From a virus, in IMG/VR virus record IMGVR_UViG_3300044729_001198, positions 64,001 through 128,000 of that record: DNA of 64,000 bases. One strand, 5' to 3'. The notes beneath the pieces were generated by a model. The model saw only the letters and a program-made list of their open reading frames with translations, was not told where the DNA came from and ran no database searches. Made by a program: the position numbers and the translations under genes. Of the stretch, positions 1 to 9,104 are shown piece by piece (position 1 is the stretch's first letter; every line of letters begins with the position of its first letter).

Positions 1-220
1 CTTTAGTAATAGCAATTTCATGATTACCAACAATCAGCATACCAATTTCAGTAGCGTTACGAATTGGATAGTCTTCCGGTTTTAAATCTGGATTAAATTG
101 AAAGTCAATTGTATTCCATTTAGAACCAAAGGCTTTTTCCAAACGAGCTTCTTCAGATGACGCTACACCAAAAGCATTATTAACGAAGCTTTTGTGATTT
201 GTTTTATTGTATTTTTGCAT
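1..220 (-). CDS. hypothetical protein (3' end runs off window)
   Basis: Open frame MQKYNKTNHKSF... from ATG at 220 to window edge; ATATTTAT motif upstream. Confidence 0.6.
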   Translation of the reverse strand, partial: MQKYNKTNHKSFVNNAFGVASSEEARLEKAFGSKWNTIDFQFNPDLKPEDYPIRNATEIGMLIVGNHEIAITK

Positions 221-270
221 AACGATATAAATTTATTTGATAATAAATATCGTCACCAACATTAATAAAA

Positions 271-567
271 CTAATTCTTTCGATTCCTACGAGATAATCT
301 CATGAATTTTTTCTCGTTTTGTTCGAACTCCATTTTATCAGGATGAGTTCTCATAATATTTTGGCTTGTACGAATTGTTTCGGCAGCCCAATGCCAAGCT
401 GAAGCTACATTGTCTTGTGGTGGTATCATGAATTCTTCACCAATATAAGAACCCATTCCATCCGACACATAGAACTTACCATCGTTGGTTATTTTGGTTG
501 TAGCATTTGGGTACTTATTCAGCACCTTCTTCTTCAGTCGAAGAAACTTCTTCTTGTCCACTTGCAT
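271..567 (-). CDS. hypothetical protein
   Basis: 98-aa ORF co-oriented with neighbours. Confidence 0.6.
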   Translation of the reverse strand: MQVDKKKFLRLKKKVLNKYPNATTKITNDGKFYVSDGMGSYIGEEFMIPPQDNVASAWHWAAETIRTSQNIMRTHPDKMEFEQNEKKFMRLSRRNRKN

Positions 568-769
568 TTTTTAATGTTTTTGTCAATCCTTTAATAATGT
601 GATTTGGGCTAAGTTCTTTGTTTACCGAACAATTCTCAACAAGTTTACCATTCTCAAGAACTACTGAATAAATGATACCTCGTTTTAATCGGCTAATTTG
701 AGTGATGGTGCCCACTCGGTGGACACCATTAACTCGAACTACAACTTGGTCTTTAACCGAGTAACTCAT
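515..769 (-). CDS. hypothetical protein (SH3/KOW-like beta-rich)
   Basis: 84-aa ORF, ATGA overlap with upstream gene. Confidence 0.6.
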   Translation of the reverse strand: MSYSVKDQVVVRVNGVHRVGTITQISRLKRGIIYSVVLENGKLVENCSVNKELSPNHIIKGLTKTLKNASGQEEVSSTEEEGAE

Positions 770-966
770 GCAATTACCTTAACGATTTTTGTTTCAATAA
801 CTGCGGTTACCTCGAATTCAAGATTTGAACCTTGGAATTCTTCAACCACCTTAACTTCAGCGTCCGTAACCGATACCGCATCTACGAGGTATTGTTCAGT
901 TACTTTTTTAACACGTCCTTTGTCATCTTCATGATGAACTTTCACTTTTGCGATGTAATAAGCCAT
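766..966 (-). CDS. DUF4494-family protein
   Basis: KKVTEQYLVDAVSVTDAE motif typical of the Bacteroidota DUF4494 family. Confidence 0.75.
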   Translation of the reverse strand: MAYYIAKVKVHHEDDKGRVKKVTEQYLVDAVSVTDAEVKVVEEFQGSNLEFEVTAVIETKIVKVIA

Positions 967-1007
967 AATTTATTTGTTTTTATTTGGTTTTAATAATTAG
1001 TGTTGGG

Positions 1008-1370
1008 TTAAAAAAATTTATTATCCGAACCATCACCCAACATACTTTTGATGATATCTGATATAGCCTTACCTTCTTCAGTAGCCCTATAACCAAGCTG
1101 ACCATTTTCGTCAATATGCATTTGAATCAATCCATGGTCGGACAAGTAGTCTACGATAGTATTGAATTGCCAGTCTCTATAGTCATTTAAGCAATCCAAT
1201 AATATAATGGTTAATCGTGTATTTTCATTTGCGTCATATAATCGTTGTTCTAAAAACTCAAGGAACTTAAATCGGTCATCGATTTGATTTAGTTTGTAAA
1301 AGTTTTCGTTCTCCAATAAAAGAACTACCTTTGCTACCATTTCTTGAAACTCATCTGGCTCCCAACTCAT
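1008..1370 (-). CDS. hypothetical protein
   Basis: 120-aa acidic ORF. Confidence 0.6.
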   Translation of the reverse strand: MSWEPDEFQEMVAKVVLLLENENFYKLNQIDDRFKFLEFLEQRLYDANENTRLTIILLDCLNDYRDWQFNTIVDYLSDHGLIQMHIDENGQLGYRATEEGKAISDIIKSMLGDGSDNKFF

Positions 1371-1536
1371 GTTCTTCTTTTTTTAGTTGTTCAAGAAACC
1401 TAATAGATTCTACACTACCAATCAAAGCATCAGCCGATGCAAATCGTTTTAAGACATATTCAGACCCATAGTCATAAACCATTTGTTGTAGAATATCAAT
1501 TGTTGGAACTATCTTTTTATTAAATCCCATCTTCAT
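1351..1536 (-). CDS. hypothetical protein
   Basis: 61-aa ORF in tightly packed operon. Confidence 0.5.
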   Translation of the reverse strand: MKMGFNKKIVPTIDILQQMVYDYGSEYVLKRFASADALIGSVESIRFLEQLKKEEHELGAR

Positions 1537-1804
1537 TTGATTTTAAACGTTCAGCCATCATTCGATTTGATTCTTGTCTATATTCTTTAGCCATCTTATT
1601 TAGATTCTTATGATGGTCATCCGTAATTTTAGAACCACGGTTTGCAGCATCAATATAAGCGTATCTTTTTAAATAGTAACCGGGAAGAGGTGCTGAGAAT
1701 TGTTTAAGATATTCAGCCTTTCCATCAAGGTATTCCATCAAAGCGTCATCTGATAACGACTCCAACTGATGGTCACTCAATTCATTTTTAGGGTCATATT
1801 TCAT
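1520..1804 (-). CDS. hypothetical protein
   Basis: Start moved to MKYDPK (1804), just downstream of promoter at 1809-1839. Confidence 0.6.
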   Translation of the reverse strand: MKYDPKNELSDHQLESLSDDALMEYLDGKAEYLKQFSAPLPGYYLKRYAYIDAANRGSKITDDHHKNLNKMAKEYRQESNRMMAERLKSNEDGI

Positions 1805-1808
1805 ATTA

Positions 1809-1839
1809 CAAATATACAAAATTAATTTGATATATCAAA
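1809..1839 (-). promoter_or_regulatory. Bacteroidota sigma-A type promoter
   Basis: Minus strand TTTG-N19-TATATTTG. Confidence 0.75.
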
Positions 1840-2125
1840 ATGGTATTTTTGTTGATGAAGCGTAAGATTCACCTTCTACAATTTCAAATCTGAAATCGTT
1901 TTCATTTTTCCAAATGGTAATACGAAATCCATCACCAGTTCCTACCGCCTGACACCATCCCTTGTAATCAGGTTTTGGTCCGGCTGTTCCTGGAAGATTC
2001 TCATTGTAATGTGCTCTGAACCTACCATGGGCTCGTAGCTTACCAATAACGTTAGATTCTCCATAGTTTTGAACATGAGATTCTCGTAACTTATTTAATT
2101 CTTCTTTATCTTTTAATCTTGACAT
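1835..2125 (-). CDS. hypothetical protein, possibly small OB-fold/SSB-like
   Basis: PKPDYKGW...FRITIWKN resembles small phage ssDNA-binding-like proteins; weak. Confidence 0.5.
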   Translation of the reverse strand: MSRLKDKEELNKLRESHVQNYGESNVIGKLRAHGRFRAHYNENLPGTAGPKPDYKGWCQAVGTGDGFRITIWKNENDFRFEIVEGESYASSTKIPF

Positions 2126-2136
2126 ATACTTAAAAA

Positions 2137-2568
2137 TTAAACACCCATACCACGTCTACGCATCAATTCTTGACAGTAAAAATCATATAGGTCTTCCAAC
2201 TCCATAGGTTCTTCATTCATCATTTCATCCCACAAATCAAAACCAAACGTTTCTATTAGTTTAGTTCGTAATTGGTGCAACATCATCACTTCATTCTTAT
2301 GCGCTTCCTCAAACAACTTTAAAGCCCGAACACGAAGCATTCTACCAGCATCATATGCGCTTTGTAAGCGATTTGATTCATCATTACCACCATATGATTC
2401 ATATGCTAAATTGAAACGGATAGAGGCCTGACGTTGAGCCTCTTCCGCTTCGGTGTAATAATGAGAGTAGTTAAAGTCACCGTTGATGATTTTGTCATAC
2501 AAGTCTGCTGTTTCGGGAAGCATCTTGCGTTTTCCTTTTGTCCACCAACGATATTTGTTATACGCCAT
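2137..2568 (-). CDS. hypothetical protein
   Basis: 143-aa ORF. Confidence 0.65.
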   Translation of the reverse strand: MAYNKYRWWTKGKRKMLPETADLYDKIINGDFNYSHYYTEAEEAQRQASIRFNLAYESYGGNDESNRLQSAYDAGRMLRVRALKLFEEAHKNEVMMLHQLRTKLIETFGFDLWDEMMNEEPMELEDLYDFYCQELMRRRGMGV

Positions 2569-2587
2569 AATTTCTTTTATTTTTTTG

Positions 2588-2660
2588 TGGACCTGGTAGG
2601 ATTTGAACCTACGACCAACTGATTATGAGTCAGCTGCTCTGACCGCTGAGCTACAGGTCC
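2588..2660 (-). tRNA. tRNA-Ile2 (CAT, lysidine type)
   Basis: GGACCTG acceptor, CTGA-CTCATAA-TCAG anticodon arm, TTCAAAT T-loop; resembles ileX-type rather than Met tRNAs; CCA not encoded. Confidence 0.85.
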
Positions 2661-2678
2661 TTGAGTCATAACCCTTAA

Positions 2679-3953
2679 TTAGAATGGGTTAGACAAGTCC
2701 ATGTTAGGGTCGGTATTGAAGAGGTCTTCATTGACGTTCTGATTGATGAACTTTTGAACGAATTGTTTCATGTAAACTCGTTCTGACTGAGCACCACCAG
2801 CATTCTCAAAGAATGGGTAGATGGTAATTTCTGCAGCTTCTTGAAGAGAGAATCCATCGTAAAGAAGAGACCCCATCTCAACAGCAGCCCGTGTAGAAAG
2901 TGAGTTAGACAATTTCGGAGATTCTGACATCACCTCTGAACGAGTCATCGAAGTGATTTCTGCGATAGCCTCGATGTCGCCTTTGTGAACCGATGGGTAC
3001 ATCATCTGAAGAAGTTCAGATTCTTGTTCTTTGGTCAAGGTATCCATTTCAATGACAGTGAATCGGTCAAGGATGGCGCGGTCAAGCATTCGAGTGGCGG
3101 TGTACTCATTACCGATGTTAGCGGAAGCGATAAATGAAACACCCTCGGCGACCTTAACAACTGGTGAATCAGCAGCCTCGTCAAGACGTAAGTATCGTTG
3201 ACCTTGGTCAAGGACAGTCATCAAGATGTTCCAAGCCTCTGGATGAGCACGAGTAATCTCGTCAAGAACCACAACCGTGTTAGGGGTCTGAATGGCCTTA
3301 ACAAACGGAGATGGGTTAAAGACAGTACCTTTGGCCGCCTCAAATTGAGTATTACCAATCAAGGTACTTCGTGGGTCTTGAGTAGCACCCAAGTTGATAA
3401 TGAATGTGTTGTAACCCTCAAGGGAGTTAGCAGCAGCCTTAGCCGCCATGGTCTTACCACAACCAGCAGGACCGGTCATCATGATGTTCTTACCACGGAT
3501 AATGTTACGAAGTAGATACTTCCACTTCAAAGATTCCATAAACAACATTTTAGGTTTCAATTCACTAGCTTCATTGTGAATAAAGTTCATAACATCCGAA
3601 GCAATCGGAGCGGAGACTACATTAGGTTTTCCTTCGACAGGCATAAATTTAAATTGTTCTAAACCACCATTTGGTTTAGAGAAGTTCATAACGGGCTCAG
3701 CCCCATTGATTTTTTCAGCAGGCACTCGACCATAAGCAAGTTCACCACTTGTAAGATTACCTACGACACGGATTTTGAAACCGAATCGGTCAGGGTGTTT
3801 AGCAGCACCACGAGCACGTTTATAAAGGGATGTCCCAACCTCATTCAGAGCGGGCACGTTAAAAAGATTACCGGCGCTGTCTTGAAACAACAACACACCA
3901 TTCAACTCGACAATTTTTCCGAAAACTTGTTTTTGATTTTTCATAACTCTCAT
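2679..3953 (-). CDS. MoxR/CbbQ-NirQ-NorQ family AAA+ ATPase
   Basis: Walker A GPAGCGKT, Walker B VVVLDEITRA, SANIG, RAILDRF. Confidence 0.9.
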   Translation of the reverse strand: MRVMKNQKQVFGKIVELNGVLLFQDSAGNLFNVPALNEVGTSLYKRARGAAKHPDRFGFKIRVVGNLTSGELAYGRVPAEKINGAEPVMNFSKPNGGLEQFKFMPVEGKPNVVSAPIASDVMNFIHNEASELKPKMLFMESLKWKYLLRNIIRGKNIMMTGPAGCGKTMAAKAAANSLEGYNTFIINLGATQDPRSTLIGNTQFEAAKGTVFNPSPFVKAIQTPNTVVVLDEITRAHPEAWNILMTVLDQGQRYLRLDEAADSPVVKVAEGVSFIASANIGNEYTATRMLDRAILDRFTVIEMDTLTKEQESELLQMMYPSVHKGDIEAIAEITSMTRSEVMSESPKLSNSLSTRAAVEMGSLLYDGFSLQEAAEITIYPFFENAGGAQSERVYMKQFVQKFINQNVNEDLFNTDPNMDLSNPF

Positions 3954-3959
3954 TTTTTA

Positions 3960-3998
3960 TTACAGTGTAAAGATAACATATTTATTTGACATTTCCAA
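3960..3998 (-). promoter_or_regulatory. conserved-leader promoter (TTG-N20-TATCTTTA plus TTAC-N3-GTAA dyad)
   Basis: Minus strand TTGGAAATGTCAAATAAATATGTTATCTTTACACTGTAA, followed by ATGAGAGTTATG leader. Confidence 0.7.
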
Positions 3999-4018
3999 GC
4001 AAATCTTGAAAAAAGTTA

Positions 4019-4219
4019 TTAACATTTTTTATTTTTTTCGAAGGCGGACAACATACCAACACCACCACCCATACTCATCATTACGGCCATAGCCATCTCA
4101 TTTAAGGGGTCAGCGAAGTAAACGTATTCTTGAACTTTACCAGCCATCAGACCATACATAAGGCCAAAACACACAAGGCCAAAAACGAAGGGGATTAAAT
4201 TAACTTTCATATCTCTCAT
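4019..4219 (-). CDS. small membrane protein (2 hydrophobic segments)
   Basis: 66 aa, own promoter and ATGAGAGATATG leader. Confidence 0.6.
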   Translation of the reverse strand: MRDMKVNLIPFVFGLVCFGLMYGLMAGKVQEYVYFADPLNEMAMAVMMSMGGGVGMLSAFEKNKKC

Positions 4220-4222
4220 TGA

Positions 4223-4261
4223 TTACAGAGTAAAGGTAATACTAATTGGGGACTTAAACAA
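4223..4261 (-). promoter_or_regulatory. conserved-leader promoter
   Basis: TTG-N20-TACCTTTACTCTGTAA; TGTTAW pair upstream at 4270/4281. Confidence 0.7.
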
Positions 4262-4282
4262 GCCCCCAATGTTATTAAATTG

Positions 4283-6424
4283 TTAAATGTTAACTTGGAA
4301 TTTTTCATTCAATGTTTTAGCAAGTTCTGATACTTGAGTCACGTTGATGAATGCGGCGTCCTTACCATACATCTTGCGGAATTGTTCACCACCACTCTGG
4401 CCGTAGCTATCCGTGATAAAGTAAGAAAGTACATTCACACCATACGAACGAATTTTCTTAACTTGGTCTGCGGTGTGGTTGACCGCTTGGTCACCACAGT
4501 AGTTGATGTCCGAGTTATCGAAACCGGGGTAACCATCGGAGAAGTTAATAAAGTAGGTATCAGTACCTTTCTTTACTTGAGTCAATTGTTTCATGATTGC
4601 CTCAAAACACAAACCCTCTGGTGTAGTACCATCGTACACAATGTGTTTAAAGAGTTGTTGAATCTTTGAAAACTTATCCTTACGACTATCATAAGCAATC
4701 AGAACCAATGGTTGGTATTTACCATTTCGGTTGTTGTGGATGGCGCGGTAAGAAATCACAACATCCATGTTTTGAGTCATTGAAGCAGCCTTAGCGATTG
4801 CGACAGCGGCAACTTGAGTATTGTCCCATTTAGAACCACCCATAGACGAACTTGCGTCAATTGTGATGTGAAGTAAAGCGGGATTGACTTGGGTGGCCAT
4901 GGTACGTTCGAAGATGTCAAAGTTACCAAACCCAATCTCATGAATCATACGACCACTCAAACGACCTGATTTCATTCGTGGAGTAACCAGTGAACGTTCT
5001 TCGTTACGAGTCTTGAGCTTTTTACCAAGTAGAGTACCCAAAGCAATACCTTTCTTAACATTCTCATCACCACGATTGACGTAGTGAGAATAATTGGTCA
5101 ACATACCAACCAAGTTGGACTCAATGAGATTCTTGGTCAAGTTGTTGATAATGTAAGTTTCAGTACCACCTGACTTTTGATTACCATACCAACCTTGTTG
5201 AAGATTCTTACCAGTAACTTCAGTCTGAATGTCAGCCTTATCAAGTGATTCGACTTTTTTAGAATCCGATTTACTTAACTTGGTTTTCTTAACCTCACCC
5301 TCTTGGAACTCTTTTTGTTTCTCGATAGCCTTTTTAAGTTGGTCAAGTTGTTTTTGAGTAAGACCATCCAAGTTACCACCAGCCCCATTTGAGTTAGAAC
5401 CGCCGGTAGGACTACCTTTCTCATTTGAGTCGGAGTTACCATTAGCTTCAGAGTCAGACTCCGAGTTAGATTTCATCGACTCACCACCACCACTAGCAGT
5501 CATACCTTGTGACTGGTTGGTAGCAGACTCTTCCATATCACCACTCATTGGTGAATTACCATTCTCACCCCCACCATTCTCACCAGACTCACCCGAGCCA
5601 GAGGATTGTTGTTGTGACTGACGAGTTGGAATGTTTTTTTCGATAATCATAAAAATCTCACCAGCAACCTCAAGAGCATCCCATGAATTTTTCAATCGAG
5701 AAATGTTACGAAGGTCAAGAACATTCCAAATCTCACGAAGACCATTCAAAGCATCAAGGTCACGATTTGAGTTTGTTAAGTTGATAATTCGGAACATATA
5801 AGAACCCCAATCTTCAGAACGATACTCTGATGATTGAAGACCTTTATCGATGATTGGAGCGTGGAAGTATTTGTCATACATTGACTGATAGTAACCACGA
5901 TAACCAGGAGCGGTGGTGAAGATAAAGTTGTCAATCCGGCGGTCCTCAACATAGTTAAGTAAGGACTTGAGATTCTCAATAGCGTAATGTGACACCCACG
6001 ATTGACTATCGAACCCATACTTTTGTTTAAGGAACTCGATATCAATTGATTGGGGAAGGTAGTTGTCACGAACCATAGCTTTAAGCGTCATAAAGTCCGT
6101 GAGTTTAATGTGAGAACCCTCGTGTAGAGCAAGACCCACAGTAGGGTCAAAGTCATCACCATCCATCTTAGCGGAGATAACAACCGACTTACCATCGGTG
6201 TAGGAATCACCACCCTTGTCATCAAAATGAACTGGAATCGATTGGCCAGTAACAATAGAAACGAAGTTAGAAATCGAACGTTTGTACGATACTAACTTCA
6301 TGATATCAGACGATTTACGTTCGATAGCATTTTTATCGTTGACTGAATAATCATCTTCGAACAACGATTTGTCCATCCAAAAGGATGAATAACTTGAATA
6401 CTTATTTTTCTTCATAACTCTCAT
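4283..6424 (-). CDS. vWA-domain protein with N-terminal HExxH region (MoxR partner)
   Basis: LHEGSH and VED.RI near N-terminus, G/S/E-rich linker, MIDAS-like IDASSSMG, T and D at C-terminus. Confidence 0.85.
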   Translation of the reverse strand: MRVMKKNKYSSYSSFWMDKSLFEDDYSVNDKNAIERKSSDIMKLVSYKRSISNFVSIVTGQSIPVHFDDKGGDSYTDGKSVVISAKMDGDDFDPTVGLALHEGSHIKLTDFMTLKAMVRDNYLPQSIDIEFLKQKYGFDSQSWVSHYAIENLKSLLNYVEDRRIDNFIFTTAPGYRGYYQSMYDKYFHAPIIDKGLQSSEYRSEDWGSYMFRIINLTNSNRDLDALNGLREIWNVLDLRNISRLKNSWDALEVAGEIFMIIEKNIPTRQSQQQSSGSGESGENGGGENGNSPMSGDMEESATNQSQGMTASGGGESMKSNSESDSEANGNSDSNEKGSPTGGSNSNGAGGNLDGLTQKQLDQLKKAIEKQKEFQEGEVKKTKLSKSDSKKVESLDKADIQTEVTGKNLQQGWYGNQKSGGTETYIINNLTKNLIESNLVGMLTNYSHYVNRGDENVKKGIALGTLLGKKLKTRNEERSLVTPRMKSGRLSGRMIHEIGFGNFDIFERTMATQVNPALLHITIDASSSMGGSKWDNTQVAAVAIAKAASMTQNMDVVISYRAIHNNRNGKYQPLVLIAYDSRKDKFSKIQQLFKHIVYDGTTPEGLCFEAIMKQLTQVKKGTDTYFINFSDGYPGFDNSDINYCGDQAVNHTADQVKKIRSYGVNVLSYFITDSYGQSGGEQFRKMYGKDAAFINVTQVSELAKTLNEKFQVNI

Positions 6425-6464
6425 TTACAGTGTAAAGATAATAAAAATAGTTGACAATACCAAA
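6425..6464 (-). promoter_or_regulatory. conserved-leader promoter
   Basis: TTTG-N20-TATCTTTACACTGTAA; TGTTAA pair at 6471/6482. Confidence 0.7.
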
Positions 6465-6472
6465 TCCCAATG

Positions 6473-6640
6473 TTAAGAAATTGTTAAATCTTTTTTGTGT
6501 TTCTCCTTACGAGTATAAGATTTTTTACTGGTTTGGGTTTGTTGTGTGGTCTTTTTTGAGATATGGTGAGCAGCTTCACCACGAGACCAACCACCATTGA
6601 AGTCCAATGGTTCTTGATATGTTTTGTTTTTCTTGCTCAT
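6473..6640 (-). CDS. 55-aa basic peptide, ArfA-like C-terminal motif
   Basis: Not in ORF track; MSKKNKTYQEP...SKKSYTRKEKHKKDLTIS; own promoter and GAGAGGAGAG upstream. Confidence 0.6.
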   Translation of the reverse strand: MSKKNKTYQEPLDFNGGWSRGEAAHHISKKTTQQTQTSKKSYTRKEKHKKDLTIS

Positions 6641-6665
6641 TTTAACTCTCCTCTCAAATACATAA

Positions 6666-6696
6666 CAAAGATAATAAAAAAAGGGGACTTAAACAA
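6666..6696 (-). promoter_or_regulatory. Bacteroidota-type promoter
   Basis: TTG-N20-TATCTTTG; TGTTAA pair at 6705/6716. Confidence 0.7.
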
Positions 6697-6705
6697 GCCC
6701 CCTTT
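6676..6705 (-). terminator. intrinsic terminator overlapping promoter
   Basis: AAAGGGGGCTTGTTTAAGTCCCC hairpin followed by a T run; same hairpin core at 4246-4269. Confidence 0.55.
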
Positions 6706-6736
6706 GTTAAATTTTTGTTAAGTTATCAACATCCTA

Positions 6737-7582
6737 TTAACGATGTGTTAGCATCTTTTTTGTAGAACCATCGCTATAAACATAAATAATGATTTCATTT
6801 TCTCGAGCATAGTTAAGAGGTCTACCCAACATATCATACATAGCAACTAACTTTGGCTCGGGTCTTGATAAATTAAATACGTTTGATGTTGGGTTTGATT
6901 TACAAACATCCAAACGTCTAAACATAAAGGTATCTTGTCGTAAACATTTGTTCCACCATTGAGCATACATCAATACACGACCGGTGTCTTTAAATGTTAA
7001 ATCAGCAATCCGTGTTTGAGTATAACCTAAAAAGTCAGCGTCAGGAAAATCATACTCCATACCGATTTGGTAATCAGTTAGGTTATCCCATTCTTTTTGA
7101 GACATAGTATCCATCCAAGGACCTTTATAAAATACCATATAGTATTCCATACAAGTATCTTTCAATGGTATACCCTTAATATACGTCATCTCAAATTTAT
7201 ACTTTTTACAATCAGCCATGTTTACAGAATACCCAACACCTGCTCCGGGAAACTGAACAATATTAACTTCACGATATAAAGCAGTATCACATTTCTCACA
7301 TTTATTCCTAACTTTCAAATACAATTTGTATTTACCTTTGACGTTGAATTGTACTTCAACTATACCACGAATATCTTGAATTGTATCGGTTTTTTTGGTT
7401 TGGAAATCATACACCATAAATGTGTAATCAACACAACTATCATCGAGTATCTGACCACTCACATACCACTTGTAATAATTGCGCTCATTCCATTGTTGGA
7501 GTTTTAGTGAACTCCAATCACATTTTGCACTCGCTGTTGCTAAGGAGACCAAAAGCATTAACAGCATTACTATACGTTTCAT
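6737..7582 (-). CDS. exported protein with T9SS-like C-terminal sorting tail
   Basis: Signal peptide MKRIVMLLMLLVSLATASA; tail LVAMYDMLGR...IIIYVYSDGSTKKM matches the short Flavobacteriales-type T9SS tail pattern. Confidence 0.65.
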   Translation of the reverse strand: MKRIVMLLMLLVSLATASAKCDWSSLKLQQWNERNYYKWYVSGQILDDSCVDYTFMVYDFQTKKTDTIQDIRGIVEVQFNVKGKYKLYLKVRNKCEKCDTALYREVNIVQFPGAGVGYSVNMADCKKYKFEMTYIKGIPLKDTCMEYYMVFYKGPWMDTMSQKEWDNLTDYQIGMEYDFPDADFLGYTQTRIADLTFKDTGRVLMYAQWWNKCLRQDTFMFRRLDVCKSNPTSNVFNLSRPEPKLVAMYDMLGRPLNYARENEIIIYVYSDGSTKKMLTHR

Positions 7583-7583
7583 A

Positions 7584-7790
7584 TTATTTTTCTAATCCAA
7601 ACTTGATATATTTGTACCAAGCTCTTTCGTGTAGATAGTATAAGACCATCTTGGTAATCACCTCGAACCCACCTATTGCAAGTCCAAGTTTTAAATCACC
7701 AGTTATTATCCACCCAAGAATCATTGTATCAATAGTTCCAACGATTCTCCAAGTTATTGTCTTTGCAATATGTCTTTTATAACTTACCAT
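7584..7790 (-). CDS. DUF2061 membrane protein
   Basis: KTITWRIVGT...KMVLYYLHERAW. Confidence 0.85.
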   Translation of the reverse strand: MVSYKRHIAKTITWRIVGTIDTMILGWIITGDLKLGLAIGGFEVITKMVLYYLHERAWYKYIKFGLEK

Positions 7791-8127
7791 CCTTACGAAG
7801 TTCTTCTCTTATCTTTGTAGCTGATATTTCCGATATATCCGTTGGTGGTATGTGTTCAATTACGTTATATCCAACCCCACGTCCATAGTTAACGGACTCA
7901 ATATCTGGAATAATCATGAGTTTAATTTTACCTTGTTTAATCAGGTCATAATGAACTTTAGATAAGTTCTTATAAACTTGTTCAGCAGTCCATGGATTAC
8001 TATCATCCGGCTGTACGTCTCTAATACACAATAAAACTCGACTACCTTGATTGAGTTTTTGGTCAATCAACCATTGGTGACCATCGTGCCACGGCTGCCA
8101 CCTACCTATAAACATTGCGTATTTCAT
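7777..8127 (-). CDS. HxGH nucleotidyltransferase (cytidyltransferase-like)
   Basis: FIGRWQPWHDGH and ISATKIR (KMSKS-equivalent); start MKYAMF. Confidence 0.8.
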   Translation of the reverse strand: MKYAMFIGRWQPWHDGHQWLIDQKLNQGSRVLLCIRDVQPDDSNPWTAEQVYKNLSKVHYDLIKQGKIKLMIIPDIESVNYGRGVGYNVIEHIPPTDISEISATKIREELRKDGKL

Positions 8128-8555
8128 ATATAATCTTTTACATCCAATAAACACTCTATTGGGGATTTGTTTGTGGTATCAATCGAGACATCATCTTCAT
8201 CAATTTCTATTTCGGTAAAATACATTTCACGCCCACGAATTTCGGTGGTATGAACAAAAAAGTATTGACATCTACACATACTCTTCAATTCATTACGAAC
8301 GTCTTTATATGGTGCTACTAAAGACACAATTACATCATACCCCATGTGGTCGAGGTAACGAGTTATATTTGTAGCAGTTCGTATATTGTCCACTCTGCCA
8401 TTTGGTGTATAATTAGCATTACCCAATATCAATCGTAGGGTATCACCATCCACCTGAAAAACTTGTCGATGTAAATTAAATTGTAAATGTTCTGATAATG
8501 TTTTTGCTAAAGTTGTCTTGCCGCTTCCCGGCTGACCATAAAACCAATATACCAT
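8124..8555 (-). CDS. cysC: adenylylsulfate (APS) kinase
   Basis: GQPGSGKTT, DGDTLR, R.DNI, VSLVAPY; shortened C-terminus. Confidence 0.75.
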   Translation of the reverse strand: MVYWFYGQPGSGKTTLAKTLSEHLQFNLHRQVFQVDGDTLRLILGNANYTPNGRVDNIRTATNITRYLDHMGYDVIVSLVAPYKDVRNELKSMCRCQYFFVHTTEIRGREMYFTEIEIDEDDVSIDTTNKSPIECLLDVKDYI

Positions 8556-8899
8556 TATTTAACCCATTCGTGATACGCCTGTTGATATGCTGTAACTCTA
8601 TCAAGTTTTGGGTCTTGGTCCATTAAGGATTTAGCCCAACTTAATACCTCTTCTCGTAGACCATACGAGTTAGCCTCAATAAGGATTTCCTCTATAATTT
8701 CTTCGTTCGTTATTGACATTTCTCTTTCATATACAATTTCTAATGACTCCAATTGACAATCACCAAATGACTGACCCGTAGTTGTGTAATACACATAATC
8801 ATCAGCCATTGGGAAATATTCTACTTCGTCAATTTGATGAATTTCTTTTTTACCAATGACATTCACAAATTGTAATTCCGTAAATAGTTGTTTCTTCAT
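8555..8899 (-). CDS. hypothetical protein
   Basis: Likely start MKKQLF. Confidence 0.55.
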   Translation of the reverse strand: MKKQLFTELQFVNVIGKKEIHQIDEVEYFPMADDYVYYTTTGQSFGDCQLESLEIVYEREMSITNEEIIEEILIEANSYGLREEVLSWAKSLMDQDPKLDRVTAYQQAYHEWVK

Positions 8900-9104
8900 A
8901 TATTCAGAATAATAGGAGTGTAAGGGAAACCTCAATCAGGGGTTTGTTTTACGGTTCAAAGAGTTTTGATATTTGACAATTGATTTGTGAACACTTAAAT
9001 CTTGAATTTTGAATTCAATATCAATATCGAATATCTGCTTATATGGCGTAGTAGAAAGTAAAAAATAACTTAACTTCGGCCTCCCTTTACATCTCCAAGG
9101 TTAT

